From a virus (lineage: Duplodnaviria > Caudoviricetes), in the IMG/VR virus record IMGVR_UViG_3300012942_000069, positions 1 through 45,790 of that record: a stretch of DNA of 45,790 bases; one strand, 5' to 3'. How positions within the stretch are numbered: position 1 is the stretch's first letter; the number at the start of each line of letters is the position of its first letter. Positions 18,468 to 26,137 of the stretch are shown in pieces. Under the pieces are notes generated by a model that was not told where the DNA came from, did no database searches, and was given only the letters and a program-made list of their open reading frames with translations. A program made the position numbers and the translations under genes.

Positions 18468-18519
18468 GGCATACAGTCCTCCCTGGAGCCTCTAAGGGCT
18501 CCAGGGAGGACTGTATGCC
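18468..18519. terminator. Bidirectional 23-bp hairpin (GGCATA...TATGCC)
   Basis: Perfect 23-bp arms with a 6-nt loop, between convergent genes. Confidence 0.8.
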
Positions 18520-19449
18520 TTACAACAGGCGCTTACGGTACATGGTAGCTTCCCATCGGCAATTCTCTTTACTGAACCCTAGCGACTTATCGATACGCAC
18601 TAAGCGCATTTGATCACCCGGTTGAAATCCCATGTCCTCCACCATGGCACGTGGATCATTGGCCCATCGATCACAGAGGGTAATGCCCCTAGCGCCATAG
18701 AACCAGTAATTGCTCGACTTGGGATTAAACGACGCACTCCAAAGGTGGTGCCAGCGCCTGTAATCGCGCTTGGATTGAGCCGATACCCCATGCGTCGTGT
18801 GGATGATGCTGCTCAGCTGGAGTTTCAAGCAGCCACAGGAGAACGTGTGTCCGTTGTAAAGATTAGCCCTCGTTACCCTCGCCTCACCGCCACAATCGCA
18901 TCGGCAGTACCATTTAACTCGACTGGAGGACACGTCCTGGTCCGCGATGCGTTCTATCACTTTCAACTTGCCGAAGTGCTCACCAGTTAAATCGTGATGA
19001 GGCCCTAGTTGGCGCGTGTAGGAGGTCCGCCAGCTAACGTTATCGTCATCAAACGCGGCTTCCGGATTCGGTCGTGACAGATAGTGATGGATTGACGGAC
19101 GGTGACCCACGACATTTAGGAAGGTTTCGAAGTCGTTCCAGGACTCTGGGATATCGTCGAGGTGGTTCTTGCGGAGCTTCCACCAGGCCTTGTATTCCGG
19201 CGTGCGACCCAAGCCATGGGTCTTATTGACGACAGTGCGTGTTGACATCCGTTCGCGTCGGAAGCAACCGCAGCTGAAAGTGCCTTTGCCTAAAGAAGCG
19301 CCATCGACCTCCACTACGTTACCACAATCACACTGACATCGATAGGCGGTGTACAATCGACCACTGGCCGTTGGTTGACGGCCTAGGAACGCCACGACCG
19401 TCAGCCGCCCATAACGCTGGCCGGTTTTATCCTTGAAAACACCAGGCAT
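18520..19449 (-). CDS. Free-standing HNH-like endonuclease with internal tandem duplication
   Basis: Two copies of TG..(Y/F)G.L.V...C.CDCG...TFSCGC...THG; YGARGITLCDRW, RIDKSLGFSKENCRW; AAGGAG RBS. Confidence 0.8.
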   Translation of the reverse strand: MPGVFKDKTGQRYGRLTVVAFLGRQPTASGRLYTAYRCQCDCGNVVEVDGASLGKGTFSCGCFRRERMSTRTVVNKTHGLGRTPEYKAWWKLRKNHLDDIPESWNDFETFLNVVGHRPSIHHYLSRPNPEAAFDDDNVSWRTSYTRQLGPHHDLTGEHFGKLKVIERIADQDVSSSRVKWYCRCDCGGEARVTRANLYNGHTFSCGCLKLQLSSIIHTTHGVSAQSKRDYRRWHHLWSASFNPKSSNYWFYGARGITLCDRWANDPRAMVEDMGFQPGDQMRLVRIDKSLGFSKENCRWEATMYRKRLL

Positions 19450-19464
19450 GGGGACTCCTTAAGC

Positions 19465-19605
19465 TTAGCGGCGATAATGACCGTGATGGCCGTGGCCATA
19501 GTGCCCGTGGTGATGGCCACGGCCACCGTAGTACCCCCACGGCACACAGGCTGTGGTGGAGAGAAGGGCTGCCAAGAGCAGCAGAGTACGGGAAAGTTTG
19601 CGCAT
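19465..19605 (-). CDS. 46-aa His/Gly-rich putative lipoprotein (MRKLSRTLLLLAALLSTTACVPWGYYGGRGHHHGHYGHGHHGHYRR)
   Basis: Manual translation; AAGGAG RBS; basic-hydrophobic signal peptide with lipobox-like TTA|C. Confidence 0.75.
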   Translation of the reverse strand: MRKLSRTLLLLAALLSTTACVPWGYYGGRGHHHGHYGHGHHGHYRR

Positions 19606-19647
19606 GGCGCTTACTCCTTCGGTAGAAGAGAGAGAGGGGGTTTACAA

Positions 19648-19770
19648 TCAGAGATCCATGAGAAAGAGGATGCTGGCGAATACGATGGCCAGACAGAACA
19701 CGGCGTAGATTGTCCAGCCGAGTGATAGCGTCTCTTCGCGTGGTTTAAATTCGATGGTTACGTTGTCCAT
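19648..19770 (-). CDS. 40-aa single-pass membrane protein
   Basis: MDNVTIEFKPREETLSLGWTIYAVFCLAIVFASILFLMDL; starts 4 nt after the upstream stop. Confidence 0.6.
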   Translation of the reverse strand: MDNVTIEFKPREETLSLGWTIYAVFCLAIVFASILFLMDL

Positions 19771-19774
19771 GACT

Positions 19775-20203
19775 TCATCCGTCACGGGGCTGGCGAATGT
19801 TCGATACTTCTCTCAAACCGCGCCTGTAGCGATCAATGAGTGCAACAAAGCGTGTCGTTGGATAGGCAACGGGCCGCCAAGATGTCTGGCGCTGAGCCTC
19901 AAATAGCGTATAGAGCTTGAGTGCAGCATCACGCTTATAGGCGAGTCGGCGCATCTCCTGCTCGCATCGTTTCAACACGGTCACGTGGTGGGTTTCCAGG
20001 AGGGGTAAGTACGTTTCGAGTGTAGTACTCACTCTCGCCCGCAAGCCTTCCACCATGTTCATGAAGATGGTGATCTCTTTGGCCAAGGCAGCGGCATCGC
20101 CTGGATCCGTGGCGAACTCGGAAGAGAGGGCATTGAGCTCGTCCGGTAACGCGGCGAGCTCATTACAGATCGCTTGCAGCCGATGAGCGGGCGTATAGGC
20201 CAT
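19775..20203 (-). CDS. Hypothetical helical protein
   Basis: 142 aa; AAGGAG RBS. Confidence 0.7.
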   Translation of the reverse strand: MAYTPAHRLQAICNELAALPDELNALSSEFATDPGDAAALAKEITIFMNMVEGLRARVSTTLETYLPLLETHHVTVLKRCEQEMRRLAYKRDAALKLYTLFEAQRQTSWRPVAYPTTRFVALIDRYRRGLREVSNIRQPRDG

Positions 20204-20215
20204 GAATGCTCTCCT

Positions 20216-20740
20216 TTAGCGAAAACCCAAGATGCGATGGTCCGAGGGTTCCATCGGGATAATCCAGCTGGCTGCCGGATAGTCGGGCTCGTAGAAGCCT
20301 CGCACCGTCTGCGCAGAGGCAACCTGCCCCTGGAGCTCCCAGCGTTCATCGCGAACACGCTTCAGCACGTGGTGGACATTCCCTGAAGCCACGAACGGCA
20401 TCAGTTTGATCGGCTCACCGGTCAGGAAGCTATGCGATGCGATCTCGTCGTCCACACGCATCTGTGACGGCAAGATCTCGTAGACGTTCACACGCAGCTC
20501 GTTGTAGGTCAGCACGCTGCGCAGCAGGTAATGATCGCCCTGCAGGCAGCGGATAGCACTGTGGACGTTCTCGTTGGCCAGGAGGAGCTTGCTGATGCGG
20601 TAAGCGGCCAGGTGCGGTGCGCCGGGATCCAGACGATCCACGTTCAGATGCTCGGCATCCGGCAACGTGACGATCGCATTACGATAGAACGGATTGAGGG
20701 TTTCGTTCAACTGCTTTAGAACGGTGATGAACTTGGACAT
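20216..20740 (-). CDS. Hypothetical protein (start MSKFITVL)
   Basis: GGAG RBS before ATG 20740; the track extension to 20968 overlaps the upstream gene. Confidence 0.7.
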   Translation of the reverse strand: MSKFITVLKQLNETLNPFYRNAIVTLPDAEHLNVDRLDPGAPHLAAYRISKLLLANENVHSAIRCLQGDHYLLRSVLTYNELRVNVYEILPSQMRVDDEIASHSFLTGEPIKLMPFVASGNVHHVLKRVRDERWELQGQVASAQTVRGFYEPDYPAASWIIPMEPSDHRILGFR

Positions 20741-20781
20741 GGTGATACTCCGGAATGTGAAGGGAACAGCGTGGTTGATTT

Positions 20782-21192
20782 TTAGGAAGGGTTGGACGTG
20801 TTGTGGTGAATCTTGTCCCAGGTCCGCTGCCACAGACAGCTGTGAATGGCTTCGCGCCAATTGCAGAGCTGCAAGAAGCGCTGGTGGTGCTGAACGTTTA
20901 AGCGCATCGTGAGTACCGCCGTGGCAGCGATCGGCACGAGTACGCTGAAAAACGCGAAGTACGTCCACGCCACAATCCCCGTGAGAGGGAGTGTACGAAA
21001 CGAGAAGAGTTCGATGGCGAAGAGTACGACGATCAGGAAGAGGAAACGCATAGCACAGTGCAGGCTGTCATGCCAGCATCCTTTGTGATAGTCCTCGTCC
21101 AGTTGAGCGGTAATGGCATCGAGTTCCAAGAGGCTGCGCGTCTTCAACCACGCTTCACGTACCGCAACATTCATGCCGTAATCGAGTATCAT
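20782..21192 (-). CDS. Membrane protein with two TM helices
   Basis: AGGAGG RBS before ATG (MILDYG); two hydrophobic segments. Confidence 0.65.
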   Translation of the reverse strand: MILDYGMNVAVREAWLKTRSLLELDAITAQLDEDYHKGCWHDSLHCAMRFLFLIVVLFAIELFSFRTLPLTGIVAWTYFAFFSVLVPIAATAVLTMRLNVQHHQRFLQLCNWREAIHSCLWQRTWDKIHHNTSNPS

Positions 21193-21216
21193 TGGGTACC
21201 TCCTGTTGAAGAGACG

Positions 21217-21257
21217 CATAGTACCGCCTGGTGCATCATGCACCAGGCGGTACTATG
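21217..21257. terminator. CATA/TATG-flanked palindrome
   Basis: catagtaccgcctggtgcat-c-atgcaccaggcggtactatg. Confidence 0.75.
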
Positions 21258-21261
21258 GCCG

Positions 21262-22053
21262 TTAGTCATCCAATTCGGGAAGATCAGCAACGCGGTGAGC
21301 TGCGTCGTCGAGCAAGAAGTCGTCGGGCTGCGCGTAGGGGTTGTTGAAGGATCCGACCTCAGTAGACGGTACCAATCGCAAACGCCTGGCTGAGATGTTC
21401 ATCAGCGCGAAGTCGCCATCGCTGTCGATGACGCCGATCGTGACGTCGAGTGCTTCACCGCCCTCCCCGCACGGTGAAATCTCCGACGAGAGGGGTTTAC
21501 GCACCTCGACCACGATGGCCGTGCCGCGACGACTCAGCTTACCGTTGATCATCATGTTGTTCTTGTAGCACACGAGGTCACCCTTCTCGAAAGGCTCGAT
21601 TTCCTGATAGACCTCGAAGCGCCGCTTGAGGAGGTCAGCTTCCTCGGTGACCTGATCGCGCCAGATCTGCTTGAGCTCCAAGCGCACACTCTCCAGCGCG
21701 AGAACGAGCGGGGACAGTGGCTCGAGGGTCTCGTGCTGCGCATCCTTCAGCGTGTCGACGATCTGCACCGGCGCCTCATATCGCAGACCATCGTCATCGC
21801 TGACGGTGACCTTCAGGTGCTTGCCGTCGTGGGTGAGAACGATGTCCTCGATGGCGTAGATACGCTTGGGCGTAATCCGCACTGCGTTGTTGTTCAGGCT
21901 CGGATGTCCTGTCACAATGGGCGAAGCCGCTGGCAACTTCAGGAATTCCAGCATGTCGCGCACCGAGAGACGATGCTTCTTGAGCTGACTGTACAACGGC
22001 TCACGCGCGACAGGAGTAGGCTGCTGTACACCGAGCAAACTGGTGAGATCCAT
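21262..22053 (-). CDS. Hypothetical phage protein (C-terminal SH3-like F.KGDLV pattern)
   Basis: 263 aa; GAGGT RBS. Confidence 0.75.
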   Translation of the reverse strand: MDLTSLLGVQQPTPVAREPLYSQLKKHRLSVRDMLEFLKLPAASPIVTGHPSLNNNAVRITPKRIYAIEDIVLTHDGKHLKVTVSDDDGLRYEAPVQIVDTLKDAQHETLEPLSPLVLALESVRLELKQIWRDQVTEEADLLKRRFEVYQEIEPFEKGDLVCYKNNMMINGKLSRRGTAIVVEVRKPLSSEISPCGEGGEALDVTIGVIDSDGDFALMNISARRLRLVPSTEVGSFNNPYAQPDDFLLDDAAHRVADLPELDD

Positions 22054-22150
22054 GATACTACCTCGAGTGGAGTGAAGGGAGTGATGACTCGCTTAACGAG
22101 CCTATCGCAGGGGTACTACGTTTGTGTAGATTCGTTATTTCAAAATGAGG

Positions 22151-22191
22151 GCATAGTGTCCCACGGGCTCTTAAAGAGCCCGTGGGACACT
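22151..22191 (-). terminator. Hairpin immediately 3' of the tRNA cluster
   Basis: agtgtcccacgggctctt-a-aagagcccgtgggacact, with a GCATA flank. Confidence 0.7.
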
Positions 22192-22198
22192 CGCGTGT

Positions 22199-22276
22199 TG
22201 GAGGACGTGATGGGAGTCGAACCCACGCACACTGAGATTTGAAGTTCTCCGGCTCTGGCCACTGAGCTACACGTCC
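22199..22276 (-). tRNA. Atypical tRNA, anticodon UCA (opal suppressor-like), encoded CCA
   Basis: GGACGTG TA GCTC AGTGGCCA GAGC C GGAGA ACTTCAAA TCTCA GTGTGC GTGGG TTCGACT CCCAT CACGTCC T CCA. Confidence 0.8.
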
Positions 22277-22284
22277 AACGTGAC

Positions 22285-22806
22285 TTACGCCGCTTGCTCG
22301 AGCGCTTCGATGCGCTTCAAGAAGTCCGGCATCGTTTCCGGACCAACCCACCCGGAAGGAGCGCGATGGCCGCGAAGATGCTCACTCGCATAGCGATCGG
22401 CAAACGCAGGGAGGTCTTCCGGCGCGGTCGATGGCTGCTGCCCCCAACGCCGGACAAACTCCGCGACCACCTTTTCGCCCTCCCGCATGTCGTAACACGG
22501 CGACCCGTAACCGATCGCGTGACCGTAGCGGACGACCATCTTGGCCACGGCATTCCAGTCGGGTTCATCATGACAGGTCCGCTCGATCTGCTCGTATCGG
22601 CGGCCTCGGAGAAAAGCCAGCGCCAGATGCGTGTGGCGCGCCGCGTGCCTCACCACCCCTCGGCGATGCAGTGTCATCTCTTCCCGCAACGCAACGGGCA
22701 TGCGTTTCGCCGTTTGACGAATGATGCGCGCTTCCGCGGCGAGTGACTTCAACTTGATCGTCAGCATCTCACGGCGATCCCGGATGTAGCCTTTGTCGTT
22801 AACCAT
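22285..22806 (-). CDS. Conserved phage hypothetical protein within the tRNA cluster
   Basis: KLKSLAAEARIIR...LHRR.VVR..ARHTHLALAFLRGR.Y..IE motif; AGGAG RBS. Confidence 0.75.
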   Translation of the reverse strand: MVNDKGYIRDRREMLTIKLKSLAAEARIIRQTAKRMPVALREEMTLHRRGVVRHAARHTHLALAFLRGRRYEQIERTCHDEPDWNAVAKMVVRYGHAIGYGSPCYDMREGEKVVAEFVRRWGQQPSTAPEDLPAFADRYASEHLRGHRAPSGWVGPETMPDFLKRIEALEQAA

Positions 22807-23132
22807 GGTTCTTGACTCCTAAAAAGAGAAACGGTAAGTGCGCGTACCAGATAGAGTACGCTTTTACAGCTCACTTCGTGGAGTCTAGGAGGTGTCGTAT
22901 TCAGGTCATCTCACGGTCCTCATAGCACCGGCAACGTGTGGCCGGCTCACAGCTGAAAAGATGTTTGGGGACCCACTGCGGCCGAGTCTTTGGCTCGGAT
23001 CGACTCTGTCGCAGGCACGGAGGCTAGCACGCCCTGCGGTTTAGGGGATAGAGTTCGCCTATTGGCCATTTGGCGCCGTACGATCCCAGATGCTTCCGCA
23101 ATGAGTCTTCAAACACTTTCTCGAAATACACA

Positions 23133-23208
23133 TGGTGCCGGCACCATGAATCGAACACGGGACCCTCTCCTTACAAGGGAGACGCTCTACCAACTGAGCT
23201 ATACCGGC
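23133..23208 (-). tRNA. trnT: tRNA-Thr(UGU)
   Basis: 76-nt canonical cloverleaf, anticodon arm TCTCC-CT TGT AA-GGAGA, A73, CCA. Confidence 0.95.
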
Positions 23209-23339
23209 AAACACGCTAGTCCCGCCACGAGGGCTCGCCTACACGCCCATCGCTCCACGTTCGCGGAGTAGACCGCAGAGGATGGCAATTGGGGTTGGGT
23301 TTTTGAGACCCTGTCCTACGACGATTGCTGGGACTACAA

Positions 23340-23465
23340 CAAGATGGCGGTACTCTACCTGACTGAGCTACAAACCTTGACTCGTCTTACTCGGCGATCA
23401 ACCCGAGCTAACGAAGATCTGGCAGGATTTGAACCTGCGACCACCGCCTACACTATCTCGACATG
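23340..23465 (-). ncRNA. Circularly permuted tRNA-like RNA (YrlA/Y-RNA-like)
   Basis: T-arm plus 3' acceptor strand (23415-23448) precedes 5' acceptor strand plus D-arm (23346-23377); the stems pair (AGGTTTG/CAGATCT, CCGCC/GGCGG). Confidence 0.7.
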
Positions 23466-23481
23466 GTTGCGAAGAGTTTAC

Positions 23482-23530
23482 GGCATATTGCCCTCCAGGC
23501 GCCTTGTAGTAGGCGCCTGGAGGGCAATGC
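23482..23530. terminator. GGCATA-flanked hairpin after the CYTH fusion gene
   Basis: attgccctccaggcgcct-tgtagt-aggcgcctggagggcaat. Confidence 0.7.
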
Positions 23531-23536
23531 TTACCA

Positions 23537-26104
23537 TCATTGCTTCTTGAGCACGGAACGCTTCAGAAGCAGTCCCAATGCGTCTGCGGTAGCGGCCAGA
23601 CTCTGCATGAGCGTCCACTCAGTGTAAAGATAGGCTTCGCCACGCCAATCATGCCAATAGACATCATCCAGAGGCGACCGACCGATCATTAGCTGCCAGA
23701 TCTCTTCACCTTCCACTTCGACGGAGAACAGCGTATCGTCCTCACCGTCCGCCACTCCAGGGACGGCGTTGAACAAGGCCGCGCAGGTACGGATAGCGCG
23801 CAAGGTAAGCACCAAGGCATGTGCCGCATCGCTGACCTCATCGGCTTTCAACGCCGGGATTGCACCTACGTCATCGTAGTCGATTGACAGATCGATCTGA
23901 CCTGACTCATCGCGAGCGACGTCGACCTTACCCAAGAGCTGATCGCCCTTGAGCGGGATCTTCTCCCAAGGTGTACCGGCGGCTATGACCTTGTCGGCCG
24001 CGTTCTCCAGAAGGAAGTCTACATCGGAGGTCGCAGCCGGGTGACCACTTGCCAGTTTTTTGGCTTCAATGTGAATCCAGTTCGCGACACGATTCACTTC
24101 CGTCGCCCAACGAGCCATGGCCGTCTTGTAGTACTGCGCTGTTGCTTCCACCGCTCGAAGGTGATGCTCGACGTTGGTACGCAAGGCTCGGACGTTATAG
24201 ACACCACGCTTGGACAGTCGATTGCCGATACCCTGTCCGCTGATCGTTCCAGAGGCGAGCGGCGCATCTTTCATCCAGTCGCGGTTCAGATACGTCGACT
24301 CAATGCCCTTGATGGCTTCGTCGATCTGGGAGTCCACCATCTCCAAGACCTTCGTAGCCGTCTTGGGATCCTTCCGAGCATGGTCGGAGAAGAGCCAATC
24401 GATGCCCTTACAGGCGTAATGCGCAGCGGCGACGGCGGCTACAACGACACCCACGATCACCGCCAGGAAAACACCGGCACCAAAGATGCGCTTCAGCTTC
24501 TCGCCGATGCTCGCTTCACTCCAGCTTTCCTCCAGCGAAATCTGGAGACTCTCGGTGCCGACATCGCCCTGCTTGACCGAGCGACCCATCCAGCGGGTTA
24601 ACGCACGGGCGGTGTCGAGGAGACTATCCGCAAGCACCCACTCGAACGGCAGTTTGTGTTGTCGCTTCTCCCACTGGGAAAGCTCATCGATCTGCATGTA
24701 GAGTTTCATGCAGTCCACGACGAGATCGGCGGCGTTGGGCACATCGATCTTGGAAAGCGGAGCGATGGTGTCCGAGCGTTCGGCGTAGGTGATGTCCAAC
24801 GACTTCTCGTCCGCCTTCCAAGCCACTTGACCCAGCAGCTTGTCAGCATGGAGTTCAAAATCGTTGTAGACCTCCGGATCCTTCGCTTTACCCTTGGACT
24901 TCAGATAGCGAACGATGCGATCGATTTCCTGAAGCTCTCCCTTCACGGCTTGGAGAACCGCGACCGGTGCACCAGGGAAACGGCCGTTGAGCGACAGCGG
25001 ACCGACCACGCCTCGGCCGGAAACAGCGCGCATTTCCATGCGATGCTTGTCGAGCCAATCGCCATTCAGGAACGTGCGATTCATGAGGGAGATAAGCTTC
25101 TCCTGCTCACTCTGCGTACGCTCCAGTTCCTTGGCGTATTCCTGTCGGCGCTTGTCGTTCTTTGCGGAAGGCTTCCGTCGGAACATGCTACCCACGGCTT
25201 TGACACCGTTGATGATTACGAGCACCGCACTTACTACGGCCGCTGTTGCAATGACGGAACCCACGGGATCGCGCTTGTAGGCATCGACGACGGCCTGAGC
25301 ATGCCCTTCGGTACTTGCCTTGGGGAGCTCCGGCTTGAATTGCTTCATGGCCTTCTTGACCCTGGCTTCCGTGACCTCGTCGCGCTCACCCGGCTGCTGG
25401 TAGATCACGTCCGTCAGGCGGATCGGGAACGGCACATCGAAGTGATTGTCCTTGACCCGGAGATCGAACTTCTTGACTTCGTAATCCAGCTTCACCCAGC
25501 AACCGCCGTCTTCGACCTCGGAGCGATCCAGCGATTTCGAATCGCGAAACTCCTTCGGCACATCCACTTCCCACACGCTGTCACCGAGCGCCATGCGCAC
25601 GCCGACGCGTTCGCTGGGATTGGCGTAGTTAGGAAAGTACCCCTGACCCGCCGGGAAGACATAGCGTCGCTTGATCATGCCCCCGGTAGGATCGGCCATC
25701 CGGAAGACGTCGAGGAGCTTCTGCCCCTGCTCCCTGGGCAGTTCTTGTTCAGCTTCCGAGCAGCCCTTCTCACCTTTCAGGAAGGACTTGATGGTCAGAT
25801 GGTAGACCGGATCGTGAACGTGCTCTCCTTGGTCGTCCTTGTACCATGAGAGGGTCTTGCGAATGCGTGCGGTGATCTCCCGATCCTTTTCCTTGGATGG
25901 GATGAAGACCCGATACTGCTCCTGGTCCTGGTAACTCGTCGCCCTTTCTAGGTCCGACTTGTCCACCATCTTGCCGTAGAAGACGTATTCACGTTCCATG
26001 CCATCTTCCGACACAGCCTCCTGCGAAGGCGTGAAGTCCGGCAGGTCGAAGGTGAAGCGGATGCGCTCGGCTTCCGGTCCGCAGGTGCTGAGGTCGAGTT
26101 TCAT
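23537..26104 (-). CDS. CYTH-domain protein fused to two paralogous putative virion head/ejection modules
   Basis: N-terminal ERE..F / RIRK / LTIK / K.RY.F / WEVD / DYEV CYTH signature; ASTE and GTE/SLE sites each followed by a hydrophobic helix and a repeated domain. Confidence 0.75.
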   Translation of the reverse strand: MKLDLSTCGPEAERIRFTFDLPDFTPSQEAVSEDGMEREYVFYGKMVDKSDLERATSYQDQEQYRVFIPSKEKDREITARIRKTLSWYKDDQGEHVHDPVYHLTIKSFLKGEKGCSEAEQELPREQGQKLLDVFRMADPTGGMIKRRYVFPAGQGYFPNYANPSERVGVRMALGDSVWEVDVPKEFRDSKSLDRSEVEDGGCWVKLDYEVKKFDLRVKDNHFDVPFPIRLTDVIYQQPGERDEVTEARVKKAMKQFKPELPKASTEGHAQAVVDAYKRDPVGSVIATAAVVSAVLVIINGVKAVGSMFRRKPSAKNDKRRQEYAKELERTQSEQEKLISLMNRTFLNGDWLDKHRMEMRAVSGRGVVGPLSLNGRFPGAPVAVLQAVKGELQEIDRIVRYLKSKGKAKDPEVYNDFELHADKLLGQVAWKADEKSLDITYAERSDTIAPLSKIDVPNAADLVVDCMKLYMQIDELSQWEKRQHKLPFEWVLADSLLDTARALTRWMGRSVKQGDVGTESLQISLEESWSEASIGEKLKRIFGAGVFLAVIVGVVVAAVAAAHYACKGIDWLFSDHARKDPKTATKVLEMVDSQIDEAIKGIESTYLNRDWMKDAPLASGTISGQGIGNRLSKRGVYNVRALRTNVEHHLRAVEATAQYYKTAMARWATEVNRVANWIHIEAKKLASGHPAATSDVDFLLENAADKVIAAGTPWEKIPLKGDQLLGKVDVARDESGQIDLSIDYDDVGAIPALKADEVSDAAHALVLTLRAIRTCAALFNAVPGVADGEDDTLFSVEVEGEEIWQLMIGRSPLDDVYWHDWRGEAYLYTEWTLMQSLAATADALGLLLKRSVLKKQ

Positions 26105-26137
26105 GGAGAGGCTTCGCCTTAGGTGAAAATGATTCGA

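Noticed and set aside
17636-19449. HNH genes as intron-encoded
   Set aside because: No group I core elements nearby, and the flanking gp42-like gene appears complete.
22199-22276. Selenocysteine tRNA or tRNA-Glu(UUC) interpretation
   Set aside because: Lacks the long variable arm and extended acceptor stem of tRNA-Sec; the UUC register would need A32/C33 instead of the invariant U33.
23340-23465. Two-piece (permuted) tmRNA
   Set aside because: Has a full D-stem, no G3.U70 Ala acceptor with CCA, and no tag reading frame.
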